DNA of 64,000 nucleotides from Eledone cirrhosa. Taxonomy: Eukaryota. The position numbers and the translations under genes are program-made. The notes beneath the pieces were generated by a model. It did not search any database and was not told where the DNA came from. It saw only the letters and a program-made list of their open reading frames with translations. Every line of letters begins with the position of its first letter. Positions within the stretch are counted from its first letter, which is position 1. The stretch lies in the NCBI GenBank assembly GCA_964016885.1, contig OZ024754.1, positions 18,600,001 through 18,664,000 of the forward strand. The letters run 5' to 3'. Shown one piece after another: positions 14,401 to 29,929 of the stretch.

Positions 14401-14535
14401 CTGTGGCTCTAAGCCAGCAGAGTCATAACGACCAGGCTGCCCCTTAACAGTGTAATTAGGGGCTCTAACCCTAGTGCTGTTAGATCGACTCTCCATATTT
14501 CTTTTCAATGGCTGACAATACCTTACCGGCGCCAC
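11401..14535 (-). CDS. RTE LINE ORF: APE endonuclease plus reverse transcriptase (1044 aa from GTG; first ATG at 14496)
   Basis: APE motifs GTLNVRT, LAIQE, GDFNAH, SDH. RT motifs NYRGISL, DFRKAFDSV, GVLQGDTLAPYLF, FADD, YLG. RTE C-terminus RRLRLAGH...RGRP...DRDRW. No internal stops. Confidence 0.95.
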   Translation of the reverse strand: MAPVRYCQPLKRNMESRSNSTRVRAPNYTVKGQPGRYDSAGLEPQRGPVDDGSAVSETNIKNAVLSCRRAIKMGTLNVRTIRTLEKREELGHLFEESGIQILAIQEHRILHDEPVRSVMIGKRSQLITTSAVKNTTNAAVGGVGFVFSAKTNLLVREIMPISPRVLRVTFNGNPRLTVISAYSPTEGDSDVNAEEFHEEVCRAVNTTQAHNILLVLGDFNAHLSKEGSEDPCWYFHNNTNRNGRLLRDTLLEANLMATNLGFRKNLGKMWTYISDMHLSKSQIEFILVRKKWRNSVLNTEPYSYFSTLGSDHRLVMSEVRVSLRKSKAQPRRTIYDWGAFKEDDKLQERLTVEVRNRFSALCGESEEREIGWTEESVTSRYGHFTNAVAKASETLVPRKKNKGKHVSSANPKVCAAREHLKAARDQFYADPTEERMETVEVMREELCTAYTEVREEALIEKIRSVERAVDRSGCKESWMIINEITGRKKRCSSQIQGTGPEDRKRKWLDHFRTLLGEPPSTAQSTGEIRRLFEELDVETEPFTREEIQRAKKKIKEGKAHGEDGVASEVMKRCDFDDIILGFCNGALEKGVAPNQWRISNIVPVPKKGDLSNTNNYRGISLTSLVAKTLNRMILNRIQPEMEKKLRDNQNGFREGRSTTSHILMLRRILEGARAKCLPAVMVFIDFRKAFDSVDRYCLMKILQAYGIPKRIVDLISLLYTNTKAQVITPDGMTEFFEILAGVLQGDTLAPYLFIIVVDYCMRLALEKHQDTGFTVAPAQSMRVGAKKVSDAEFADDIVLVTNTVKEAEDLMREVETVSMSVGLRMNETKTKYLVENVEKPEGITNVGGKPLELVEDFLYLGAKIGNTEDDVVERKSKAWAACHSLRSVWKSDLRRDLKIRLFIAVVESVLLYGSETWTLTKRLTQMVDGCYTRMLRMALNINQYTLRMKNSELYGSIPKVSSKVTQRRLRLAGHAHRHPELTLHSVLLWEPLHGHTRRGRPRLTYVDALRTDTGLLEMQDMAAIMRDRDRWRELVHGSREFYPP

Positions 14536-14708
14536 TCGAATAAGGTAGTTATTTAACCCATAAATGGAGCCCTAACAGGTACTACCACCCCGGGCCAGGG
14601 CAGACCTGGGAGTCATGACAACTAAGGGGTAACTCCACATTCCCCACATCTCCTGAACTCCCGAACTGGAGCCTTGCCACTGGATGTAGTTTAATGTCAT
14701 ACCCAGGA
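11401..14708 (-). mobile_element. Full-length RTE-clade non-LTR retrotransposon with 9-11 bp TSD
   Basis: Single APE+RT ORF and ~170-210 bp 5'UTR. Flanked by CATATACACAT at 11390-11400 and 14709-14719. Confidence 0.92.
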
Positions 14709-17700
14709 CATATACACATACACAAGTTCATATATACACACACGTTGATGTAAACAAACACACGTTCATATACACAAACATACGTTCATGTACACACACA
14801 CACGTTCATTTACACATAAACACGTTCATGTACACACACACACGTTCATATACACATACACACGTTCATGTACACACACACACGTTCATATACACATACA
14901 CACGTTCATGTACACATACACACGTTCATGTACGCACACACATTCAAGTACACATACACACGTTCATATACACATACACACGTTCATATACACAAACACG
15001 TTCATATACACACACACACGTTCATATACACACACACACGTTCATACACACACACACGTTCATGTACACATACACACGTTCATGTTTACATACACACGTT
15101 CATGTACACATACACACGTTCATGTACACACACACGTTCATGTACACATACACACGTTCATGTACACACACACGTTCATGTACACATACACACGTTGATA
15201 TAAACATACAAACATTCATATACACATACACACGTTTATGTACACATACACACGTTCATGTACACACACACGTTCATGTACACATACACACGTTGATATA
15301 CACATACAAACATTCATATACACATACACACGTTCATATACACATACACACGTTTATGTACACATATACACGTTCATATACACATACACATGTTCATGTA
15401 CAAATACACACGTTCATGTACACACACACGTTCATGTACACATACACACGTTCATATACACATACACACACGTTCATATATAAAAACAAACGTTCATATA
15501 CACATACACACGTTTATGTACACATACACATGTTCATATACACATACACACGTTGATATACACATACACACGTTCATATACACATACACACGTTCATGTA
15601 CACACGTTCATATATACACACACGTTGATGTACACACACACACGTTCATATACACATACACACGTTCACGTACACACACACGTTCATGTACAGATACACA
15701 CGTTCATATACACATACACACGTTCATATACACATACACACGTTCATGTACACACGTTCATATATACACACACGTTTATGTACACACACACACGTTCATA
15801 TACACATACACACGTTCATGTAAACACACACATGTTCATGTACACATACACACGTTCATGTACACATACACATGTTTGTATACACTACACACGTTCATGT
15901 TTACATACACACGTTCATGTACACATACACACGTTTATGTACACACACACGTTAATGTACACATACACACGTTCATATACATGTACACACGTTCTTGTAC
16001 GCATACCCACGTTCAGGTACACATACACACGTTCATGTTTACATACACACGTTCATGTACACATACACACGTTCATATACACATACACACGTTCATATAC
16101 ACATACACACGTTCATATACACATACACACGTTCATGTACACAAACACACGTTCATGTACACACACGTTCATGTACACATACACACGTTCATGTACACAT
16201 ACACACGTTCATGTACACAAACACACGTTCATGTACACATACACACGTTCATGTACACATACACACGTTAATGTACACACACACACGTTCATATACACAT
16301 ACACACGTTCATATACACATACACACGTTTATGTACAGATACACATGTTCATGTACACATACACACGTTAATGTACACACACACACGTTCATGTACACAT
16401 ACACACGTTCATATACACATACACACGTTTATGTACAGATACACACGTTCATATACACATACACACGTTTATGTACAGATACACACGTTCAAATACACAT
16501 ATACACGTTCATATACACATATACACGTTCATGTACACATACACACGTTCATATACGCATACACACGTTCATGTACACAAACACACGTTCATATAAACAC
16601 ACACACGTTCATGTACACACACACACGTTCATGTACACATACACACGTTCATATACATATACACACATTCATGTACACATACACACGTTCATATAAACAC
16701 ACACACGTTCATGTACACATACACACGTTCATATACACATACACACGTTCATATACACATACACACGTTCATGTACACATACACACGTTCATATACACAT
16801 ACACACGTTCATGTACACACACACGAGTTCATATACACATACACACGTTCATATACACATACACACGTTCATGTACACATACACACGTTTATGTACACAC
16901 ACACACGTTCATGTACACACACAAGTTCATATACACATACACACGTTCATAAACACATACACACATTCATGTACACATACACACGTTCATATACACATAC
17001 ACACGTTCATATACACATACACACGTTCATATACACGTACACACGTTTATGTACACACACACACGTTCATATATACACACACGTTAATGTACACATACAC
17101 ACGTTCATATACACACACATACGTTCATGTACACACACACACGTTCAGATACACATACACAGGTTCATGTACACACACACATGTTGATGTACACACACAC
17201 ACGTTCATGTACACACACACACGTTCATATACATATACACATGTTCATGTACACAAACTCACGTTCATGTACATATACACACGTTCATGTACACACGCGT
17301 TCATATACACATACACACGTTCTTGTACACATACACACGTTCATATACACATACACACGTTGATGTACACATACACACATTCATGTACACATACACACGT
17401 TGATGTACACATACACACGTTCATATACACATACACAGACGTTCATATACAAACACATACGTTCATATACACGTACACACGTTCATATACACACACACAC
17501 ACGTTCATATCCACATACACACGTTCATGTTCGCATACACACATTCATGTACACATACACACGTTCATGTACACATATAGACGTTCATATACACATACAC
17601 ACGTTCATATACACACACACACACATGTTCATATACACATACACACGTCGATGTACAGATACACACGTTCATATACACATACACACTTTCATATACACAC

Positions 17701-20700
17701 ACACACGTTCATATACACACACACACGTTCATGTACACACACACACGTTCATATACACACGCACACCTTCATGTACACATACACACGTTCATATACACAT
17801 ACACACGTTCATGTACACATACACGCGTTCATGTACATATACACACGTTCATATACACATACACACGTTCATATACACACACACACGTTCATATACACGC
17901 ACACACGTTCATATACACACGCACACCTTCACGTACACATACACACGTTCATATACACATACACACGTTCATATACACACACACACGTTCATATACACAC
18001 ACACACGTTCATATACACGCACACACGTTCATATACACACACACACCTTCATGTACACATACACACGTTCATATACACATACTCACGTTCATATACACAT
18101 ACACACGTTCATGTACACATACACACGTTCATGTATACATACACACATTCATATTCACACACACAGACGTTCATATACACACACACACGTTCATATACAC
18201 GCACACACATTCATATACACACACGTTCATGTACACATACACACGTTCATATACACATACACACGTTCAGGTACACATACACACGTTCATGTACACATAC
18301 ACACGTTCATATACACATACACACGTTCATGTACACATACACACGTTCATGTACACATACACACGTTTATGTACACATACACACGTTGATATACAGATAC
18401 ACACGTTCATGTATACATACACACGTTGATATACACATACACACGTTCATGTATACATACACACGTTCATGTACACATACACACGTTCATGTATACATAC
18501 ACACGTTGATATACACATACACACGTTGATATACACACACACACGTTCATGTACACATACACACGTTCATGTACACATATACACGTTCAGATAAACATAC
18601 ACACGTTCATATACACATACACACGTTCATGTACACATACACATGTTCATATACACACACACACGTTCATATACACACACTCGTTCATATACCCATACAC
18701 ACGTTCATATACACATACACACTTTCATATACACACACACACACGTTCATATACACATACACACGTTCATATACACATACACACTTTCATATACACATAC
18801 ACACGTTCATGTACACATACACACGTTCATATACACATACACACGTTCATGTACACATACACACGTTTATGTACACAAACACACGTTTATGTACAGATAC
18901 ACACGTTTATGTACACATACACACGTTTATGTACACATACACACGTTTATGTACACATACACACGTTTATGTACGTACACATACGTTCATGTACACACAC
19001 ACATGTTCATGTACACACACACACACGTTCATGTACACACACACACGTTTATGTACGTACACACACGTTCATATACACATACACACGTTTATGTACGTAC
19101 ACACACGTTCATGTACACATACACACGTTTATGTACGTACACATACGTTCATGTACACACACACATGTTCATGTACACACACACACACACACGTTCATGT
19201 ACACACACACACGTTTATGTACGTACGCACACGTTCATATACACATACACACGTTTATGTACGTACACACACGTTCATGTACACATACACACGTTTATGT
19301 ACGTACACACATGTTCATGTACACACACACACTTTCATGTACACACACACACACGTTCATATACACATACACACGTTTATGTACGTACACACACGTTCAT
19401 GTACAGACACACACGTTCATATACACATACACACGTTCATATACACATACACACATTCATGTACGCATACACACGTTCATGTAACCACACACATGTTCAT
19501 GTACACACACACATGGACATGTACACATACACACGTTCATGTACACACATACACGTTCATATACTCCCATACACGTTCATGTACACAAACACACGTTCAT
19601 GTACACACACACGAGTTCATATACACATACACACGTTCATGTACACATACACATGTTTGTATACACTACACACGTTCATGTACATATACACACGTTTATG
19701 TACACACACACACACGTTAATGTACACATACACACGTTCATATACACATACACATATTCATGTACACATACACACGTTCATATACACATACATACGTTGA
19801 TGTACAGATACACACGTTCATATACACATACACACGTTCATGTACACATACACACGTTCATATACACATATACACGTTCATTTACACATACACACGTTCA
19901 TATACACATACACACGTTCATATACACATATACACGTTTATGTACACATACACACGTTCATATACACATACACACGTTCATATACACACACACACGTTCA
20001 TGTACACATACACACGTTAATGTACACACACACACGTTCATATACACACACATACGTTCATGTACACATACACATGTTCATATACACATACCCACGTTGA
20101 TGTACACATACACACGTTCATATACACATACACAAGTTCATATATACACACACGTTGATGTAAACAAACACACGTTCATATACACACACATACGTTCATG
20201 TACACACACACACGTTCATTTACACGTACACACATTCATACAAACACACACACGTTAATACAAACACCCACGTTCATGTACACATACACACGTTCATGTA
20301 CACACACACACGTTCATATACACATACACACGTTCATATACACATACACACGTTCATATACACACACACACGTTCATATACACACACACACGTTCATACA
20401 CACACACACGTTCATACACACACACACACGTACATATACACACACACGTTCATATACACACACACACGTTCATATGTACAGATACACACGTTCATGTACA
20501 CACACACACGTTCATATACACACACACACGTTCATATATACACACACGTTCATATACACACACGTTCATGTACACACACACACGTTCATGTACACACACA
20601 CACGTTCATATACACATGCACACGTTCATGTACACATACACACGTTCATGTACACACACACATTCAAGTACACATACACACGTTCATATACACATACACA

Positions 20701-22563
20701 CGTTCATATACACAAACACGTTCATATACACACACACACGTTCATACACATACACACGTTCATGTACACATACACACGTTCATATACACATACACACGTT
20801 CATGTACACATACACACGTTCATGTTTACATACACACGTTCATGTACACATACACATGTTCATGTACACACACACGTTCATGTACACATACACACGTTCA
20901 TGTACACACACACGTTCATGTAGACATACACACGTTCATGTACACACACACGTTCATGTACACATACACACGTTGATATACACATACAAACATTCATATA
21001 CACATACAAACGTTTATATACACATACACACGTTCATATACACATACACACGTTTATGTACACATACACACGTTCATATACACATACACACGTTCATGTA
21101 CACACGTTCATATATACACACACGTTGATGTACACACACACACGTTCATATACACACACACACGTTCATATACACATACACACGTTCATGTAAACACACA
21201 CATGTTCATGTACACATACACACGTTCATGTATACACACACGAGTTCATATACACATACACACGTTCATGTACACATACACATGTTTGTATACACTACAC
21301 ACGTTCATGTACACATGCACACGTTCATGTTTACATACACACGTTCATGTACACATACACACGTTTATGTACACACACACACACACGTTATTGTACACAT
21401 ACACACGTTCATATACACATACACACGTTCTTGTACGCATACACACGTTCAGGTATATATACACATGTTCATGTTCACATACACACGTTCATGTACACAA
21501 ACACACGTTCATGTATACATACACACGTTTATGTACACACACGTTCATATACACATACACACGTTCATGTACACATACACACGTTCACATACACATACAC
21601 ATGTTCATATACACATACACACGTTCATGTACACATACACACGTTCACATACACATACCCACGTTTATGTACAGATACACACGTTCATGTACACATACAC
21701 ACGTTCATATACACATACAGATATTCATATACACATACACACGTTAATGTACACATACACACGTTAATGTACACAAACACACGTTCATATATACACACAC
21801 ACGTTCTTGTACACATACACACGTTCATGTACACATACACACGTTCATTTTCACATACACACGTTGATGTACAGATACACACGTTCATGTACACACACAC
21901 ATGTTCATGTACACATACACACGTTCATATACACACACACACACACGTTCATACACACACACACGTTCATATACACATACACACATTCATGTACACATAC
22001 ACACGTTCATGTACACATACACACGTTCATATACACATACACACGAACATGTACACACACACACGTTCATATACACACACACACACGTTCATATACACAT
22101 ACACACATTCATGTACACATACACACGTTCATGGATACACACACACACGTTCATATACACATACACACGTTCATGTACACACATTCATATATACACACAC
22201 GTTTATGTACACATACACACGTTTATGTACACACACACATGTTCACATACACACACACACGTTCATATACATATACACACGTTCATGTACACATACACAC
22301 GTTTATATCCACATACACACGTTTATGTACACACACACACGTTCATATACACACACAAGTTCATATACACATACATACGTTCATGTACACATACACACGT
22401 TCATGTACACATACACACGTTCATATACACATACACACCTTCATGTACACACACACACGTTCATATACACAAAGACACATTCATGTACACATACACACGT
22501 TGATGTACACATACACACGTTCATATACACATACACATACGTTCATATACACGTACACACGTT

Positions 22564-22982
22564 CAGACATTTTTTCACGCTCAGAGTTGCTGAAGCATGG
22601 AACAAACTGCTTGCGTCAATTGTTAGCTGCCGAGACACTGCATCCTTTAAGACACTCATGCTTCCCAAGATACGCCAAAACTACACCTGATGTACCCCTT
22701 CCATACACATGCACACATGTGTGTATCATGACTCGTGAACTGTTCATTTTACTGATGTTTGTGCATTGCCCTATGTACTGTACATGCACTTTTTTGATGA
22801 GTTGTGGTGCACCTGGGCACTGTGCACAATATTTCGTTATTGTTATTATATCATGACTCATACATTGTTTATTTTCCTGACATTTGTACATTATTCTATG
22901 TACTATACATGCACCTTTGATGAGTTGTAGTGCACCTGAGCACTGTACACAATAATTTTATTATTATTATTATTATTATTAT
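22564..22982 (+). mobile_element. 5'-truncated CR1-clade LINE (ORF2 end, 3'UTR, (ATT)n tail)
   Basis: Encodes RHFFTLRVAEAWNKL; closely matches ~26463-26860. Confidence 0.9.
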
Positions 22983-25900
22983 ATACACACACACACGTTC
23001 ATATCCACATACACACGTTCATGTTCGCATACACACATTCATGTACACATACACACGTTCATGTACACATATAGACGTTCATATACACACACACACGTTC
23101 ATATACACGCACACACGTTCATATACACACGCACACCTTCATGTACACATACACACGTTCATGTACACATACACACGTTCATATACACACACACACGTTC
23201 ATATACACACACACACGTTCATATACACGCACACACGTTCATATACACACGCACACCTTCATGTACACATACACACGTTCATGTACACATATAGACGTTC
23301 ATATACACATACACACGTTCATATACACACACACACATGTTCATATATACATACACACGTTGATGTACAGATACACACGTTCATATACACATACACACTT
23401 TCATATACACACACACACGTTCATATACACACACACACGTTCATGTACACGCACACACGTTCATATACACACGCTCACCTTCATGTACACATACACACGT
23501 TCATATACACATACACACGTTCATGTACACATACACGCGTTCATGTACACATACACACGTTCATATACACATACACACGTTCATATACACACACACACGT
23601 TCATATACACACGCACACCTTCATGTACACATACACACGTTCATATACACATACACACGTTCATATACACACACACACGTTCATATACACACACACACGT
23701 TCATATACACGCACACACGTTCATATACACACGCACACCTTCATGTACACATACACACGTTCATATACACATACACACGTTCATATACACATACACACGT
23801 TCATGTACACATACACACGTTCATGTATACATACACACATTCATATTCACACACACACACGTTCATATATACATACACACGTTGATGTACAGATACACAC
23901 GTTCATATACACATACACACGTTCATATACACACACACACGTTCATATACACACACACACGTTCATATACACGCACACACGTTCATATACACACGCACAC
24001 CTTCATGTACACATACACACGTTCATATACACATACACACGTTCATATACACATACACACGTTCATGTACACATACACACGTTCATGTATACATACACAC
24101 ATTCATATTCACACACACACACGTTCATATATACATACACACATTAATATACACACACGTTCATGTACACATACACACGTTCATATACACATACACACGT
24201 TCATATACACATACACACGTTCATGTACACATACACACGTTCATGTACACACACACACGTTGATATACACACGCTCACCTTCATGTACACATACACACGT
24301 TCATATACACATACACACGTTCATGTACACATACACGCGTTCATGTACACATACACACGTTCATATACACATACACACGTTCATATACACACACACACGT
24401 TCATATACACACGCACACCTTCATGTACACATACACACGTTCATATACACATACACACTTTCATATACACACACACACGTTCATATACACACACACACGT
24501 TCATGTACACGCACACACGTTCATATACACACGCTCACCTTCATGTACACATACACACGTTCATATACACATACACACGTTCATGTACACATACACGCGT
24601 TCATGTACACATACACACGTTCATATACACACACACACGTTCATATACACACGCACACCTTCATGTACACATACACACGTTCATATACACATACACACGT
24701 TCATATACACACACACACGTTCATATACACACACACACACGTTCATATACACGCACACACGTTCATATACACACGCACACCTTCATGTACACATACACAC
24801 GTTCATATACACATACACACGTTCATATACACATACACACGTTCATGTACACATACACACGTTCATGTATACATACACACATTCATATTCACACACACAC
24901 ACGTTCATATATACATACACACATTAATATACACACACGTTCATGTACACATACACACGTTCATATACACATACACACGTTCATATACACATACACACGT
25001 TCATGTACACATACACACGTTCATGTACACACACACATGTTCATATACACACACACACACGTTCATGTACACATACACACGTTCCTGTACACATACACAT
25101 GTTCATATACACATACACACGTTCATATACACATACACACGTTCAGGTACACATACACACGTTCATGTACACATACACACGTTCATATACACATACACAC
25201 GTTCAAGTACACATACACACGTTCATGTACACATACACACGTTCATATACACATACACACGTTGATATACACATACACACGTTCAGGTACATATACACAC
25301 GTTCATATACACATACACACGTTCATGTACACATACACACGTTCATGTACACATACACACGTTGATATACACATACACACGTTCATGTACACATACACAC
25401 GTTCATATACACATACACACGTTCATGTACACATACACACGTTCATGTACACATACACACGTTGATATACACATACACACGTTCATATACACATACACAC
25501 GTTCATATACACATACACACGTTCATGTACACATACACACGTTCATGTACACATACACACGTTCATGTACACATACACACGTTGATATACACATACACAC
25601 GTTTATGTATACATACACACGTTCATATACACATACACTCGTTCATGTACACATACACACGTTCATATATACACACACACGTTCATGTACACATATACAC
25701 GTTCATATACACATACACACGTTCATATACACATACACACGTTCATGTACACATACACATGTTCATATACACACACACACGTTCATATACACACACTAGT
25801 TCATATACCCATACACACATTCATATACACACACACACACGTTCATATACACATACACACGTTCATATACACATACACACTTTCATATACACATACACAC

Positions 25901-26072
25901 GTTCATGTACACATACACACGTTCATATACACATACACACGTTTATGGACACACACACATGTTTATGTACACATACACACGTTCATGTACACATACACAC
26001 GTTCATATACACATACACACGTTTATGGACACACACACATGTTTATGTACACACAAACACGTTCATGTACAC

Positions 26073-26860
26073 TGTCTTGGCATCACTCAGCAAGACCTTT
26101 GTTAGCCGCTCTCCAGCCATCTATTTAAAACTGTATACAGCTATGGTGCGACCACACTTGGAATTCGCATCATCAGTCTGGAACCCCTATCTTGCTCGGA
26201 ACATTGACCTCCTGGAAACTGTTCAGAGACGTGCAACCAAGCGCATACCCTCCATCAGACACCTACCATACTCTGAACGCCTTGCTTCCCTGGGCATGGA
26301 TTCATTGAAGCTCCGACGTCTGGCAGTGGACTTGGTGAATACCCACAAAGTTTTTAACCATCTCGCCAACTGCAACCCTGAGCGCCTCTTTGATCTCCAT
26401 GTGTCTAACACACGTGGACATGCCTACAAGATAAGAAAACAGCACAGCTCCCATGACTTTCGCAGACATTTTTTCACGCTCAGAGTTGCTGAAACATGGA
26501 ACAAACTGCCTGCGTCAATTGTTAGCTGCCGAGACACTGCATCCTTTAAGACACTCATGCTTCCCGAAATACGCCAAAACTACACCTGATGTGCCCCTTC
26601 CATACACATGCACACATGTGTGCACTGTTCATTTTACTGATGTTTGTGCATTGCCCTATGTACTGTACATGCACTTTTTTGATGGGTTGTGGTGCACCTG
26701 GGCACTGTGCACAATATTTCATTATTGTTATTGTTATTATATCATGACTCATACACTGTTTATTTTCCTGACATTTGTACATTATTCTATGTACTATACA
26801 TGCACCTTTGATGAGTTGTAGTGCACCTGAGCACTGTACACAATAATTTCATTATTATTA
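26073..26860 (+). mobile_element. 5'-truncated CR1-clade LINE; ORF2 C-terminus open to stop at 26589
   Basis: LYTAMVRPHLEFASSVWNP, LETVQRRATKRI, YSERL, TRGH, FFTLRV...WNKLP; (ATT)n tail. Confidence 0.93.
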
Positions 26861-27686
26861 TACACACGTTTATGTACGTACACACACGTTCATGTACACA
26901 TACACACGTTTATGTACGTACACATACGTTCATGTACACACACACATGTTCATGTACACACACACACACGTTCATGTACACACACACACGTTTATGTACG
27001 TACACACACGTTCATATACACATACACACGTTTATGTACGTACACACACGTTCATGTACACACACACACGTTCATGTACACACACACACACGTTCATATA
27101 CACATACACACGTTTATGTACGTACACACACGTTCATGTACAGACACACACATTCATATACACATACACACGTTTATGTACGTACACACACGTTCATGTA
27201 CACATACACACGTTTATGTACGTACACACACGTTCATGTACACACACACATGTTCATGTACACACACACACACGTTCATATACACATACACACGTTTATG
27301 TACGTACACACACGTTCATGTACACATACACACGTTTATCTACGTACACACACGTTCATGTACACACACACAATTTCATGTACACATTCACACGTTCAGG
27401 TACATACACATATATATATATACTTATACTCATATAAATACACATACGTACTTATATGTACATTGCCCAAATAGGAGTGGTCACGTATCACATGACCGCA
27501 AGGAGTCAATAAAATAATCATATGACCTCTATTCAGGACATTACGTCAGATCATAGATGGTCAAGTGACTTCTATACAGGACACCAGGAAACTACGTCAC
27601 ATCATTGAAAGAGAAGTTTCCAGGCGGATATCTGATACTTAAAATACTTTCAATAGTACAATAGTATATTTGCGTGTGTATTCATG

Positions 27687-27744
<58 letters not shown>

Positions 27745-27909
27745 ACACTTACAAATCAATGTTTGAAATTTTACAGAGTATTGTTATTTTAAACACCCAT
27801 TCTAAAACGCACACACACACCCACCTACACAGACATATACTATCATACCATTCATTACTCATCTCTAATATAGATATACACACACACACACACTTTCATA
27901 TTACTCATC

Positions 27910-27979
<70 letters not shown>

Positions 27980-28017
27980 TTCTTTTTATACAACTGTGAA
28001 TAAAGTGAAAGTATTCG

Positions 28018-28085
<68 letters not shown>

Positions 28086-28125
28086 ATATTAAATAAATGG
28101 AAACTATATTTATAAAACGATATTT

Positions 28126-28185
28126 ATTCTATTATATATATTTCAAGGATACCAAAAACTTTGGTACGCTTTCATCAGATAAAAT
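28126..28185 (-). ncRNA. Type I hammerhead ribozyme, family A
   Basis: ATTTTAT-CTGATGA-AAGCGTACCAAA..TTTGGTATCCTT-GAA-ATATATAT-A-ATAGAAT; all three stems form. Confidence 0.75.
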
Positions 28186-28274
28186 ACAAAGTGTGTTTTA
28201 TAAATTTTGACATAGCCAAGGAACATACCTTAACGGTTGAAGTTTTCATTGGATATATGAAATTTTCCGTATAT

Positions 28275-28346
<72 letters not shown>

Positions 28347-28350
<4 letters not shown>

Positions 28351-28797
28351 GAAGTTCTATTTAAATTGTTGGGATACAACAAGAAAATATTTTTTATAAC
28401 TGATATAAAGCACTCAACAAATTATTGGAGTAAAAATACGATATATTAACAAATGGAAACTATATTTATAAAACCATATTTATTTCATTATACATATTTC
28501 AAGGACACCAGGTTACATACCCTTAAAGAATGCGACCATTTCTGTACAGAAATGATCGCATTCTTTAAGGGTATGTCAATATTTATTTATAAAACTGATC
28601 TATATTATATTTTATCTGATGAAAGCACACCATAATTTAAATAATTTAACTTGGTGTCCTTGAAATAAATATGGTTTTATAAATATAGTTTCCATTTGTT
28701 AATATATCGTATTTTTACTCCAATAATTTGTTGAGTGCTTTATATCAGTTATAAAAAATATTTTCTTGTTGTATCCCAACAATTTAAATAGAACTTC

Positions 28798-28801
<4 letters not shown>
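28347..28801. mobile_element. Fold-back element of family A: arms 28347-28515/28647-28801, inner 62-bp palindrome 28515-28576, partial HHR 28609-28667
   Basis: Arms are complementary apart from a 14-nt deletion in the right arm; embedded in (TA)n. Confidence 0.85.
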
Positions 28802-28867
<66 letters not shown>

Positions 28868-28875
28868 TATATATA

Positions 28876-28983
<108 letters not shown>

Positions 28984-28984
28984 T

Positions 28985-29658
28985 ATATATATATATAAAG
29001 TCATAGTTCCTGTCTGTCTGTCTGTTTGTTTGTTCACGAACTCCTCCTATGGTTTTGGAGATAGACCCCCATAACCATATATATTCTGAAACTACATTGC
29101 CCAGGGTACTTGGATAAGTATATCTCATTTTAATCAAAGGGTTCCCCGGGGGCACAAAACCCTGCTGAAAATTTTTTCCCTTCGATTTATATGAAATTTA
29201 AACCATAGTAAATGACAAGATATGATGCCTATTTACAAAAGTTTTGAATTGATATTTTGAAAAAAATTATTTACAAGAAACAAAATAAGAATAAGATTTA
29301 ATAATGTAATTTTGATTTGATATATTACAAAAAAATAATTGTTTCTACTTTTGGCACAAGGTCAGCAATTATCCCAGTGTATTACTGGTACTTTATTTAT
29401 CGACCCCGTAAGGATGAAAGGCAAAGTTACCCTCGGCGGGATTTGAACTCAGAATGGCAAGGGCCGTAACTCTTTGCTGCAAAGCATGGCGTCAGACCCT
29501 CTACCGATACTGCCAATCCACAAAAAATAATGTTTTACATTGAGTAATATTGAAATGCAGAGTTTTTCTCCATAAATTATATCACTGATTTAAAACCAAT
29601 CATCATTTTCTTACAAAAAAATATGTGAAACGCAGCAAGGCGGGGGTAATTCGGCTAG
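28985..29658 (+). mobile_element. Non-autonomous Helitron-like element carrying a SINE
   Basis: (TGTC)n near the 5' end; degenerate GC-rich hairpin then CTAG at 29655-29658. Confidence 0.55.
29340..29522 (-). mobile_element. tRNA-derived SINE
   Basis: Minus strand A-box TGGCAGTATCGG and B-box GAGTTCAAATCC; matches 42530-42745. Confidence 0.8.
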
Positions 29659-29820
29659 ATTATATATATATATATATATAAACAATAAGTTATATGGTCT
29701 GTTGATCACTCAACAAAGTTAATTTTACAACAGGTTAGAAGCACTCTACAAGATTTATCTGGAGTATCATTATTATTAACAATATTAATAAATAGAAAAT
29801 ATCTTTATAAAACCATATTT

Positions 29821-29879
29821 ATTTTATTATACGTATTTCAAGGGTACCAATATTTAAGTACGCTTTCGTCAGATAAAAT
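29821..29879 (-). ncRNA. Type I hammerhead ribozyme, family A, canonical core
   Basis: ATTTTAT-CTGACGA-AAGCGTAC...GTACCCTT-GAA-ATACGTAT-A-ATAAAAT; perfect 7-bp stem I, palindromic stem III. Confidence 0.8.
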
Positions 29880-29929
29880 ATAATAATTGGTGTTAAGATA
29901 GTGACATATCTGCATGTGAACTTAATGGT

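Larger units (their letters stand above)
8695..27410 (+). repeat. ~18.7-kb satellite of 20-bp units (ACACATACACACGTTCATRT) with internal block duplications and three LINE insertions
   Basis: Continuous 20-bp period with +/-2 bp CA slippage. Variant TATACACTACACACG recurs near 10871, 15880, 19661 and 21290. Confidence 0.97.

Noticed and set aside
8304-27517. Dozens of long His/Thr/Tyr-rich ORFs
   Set aside because: They are translations of a stop-poor 20-bp satellite that is open in all three frames.
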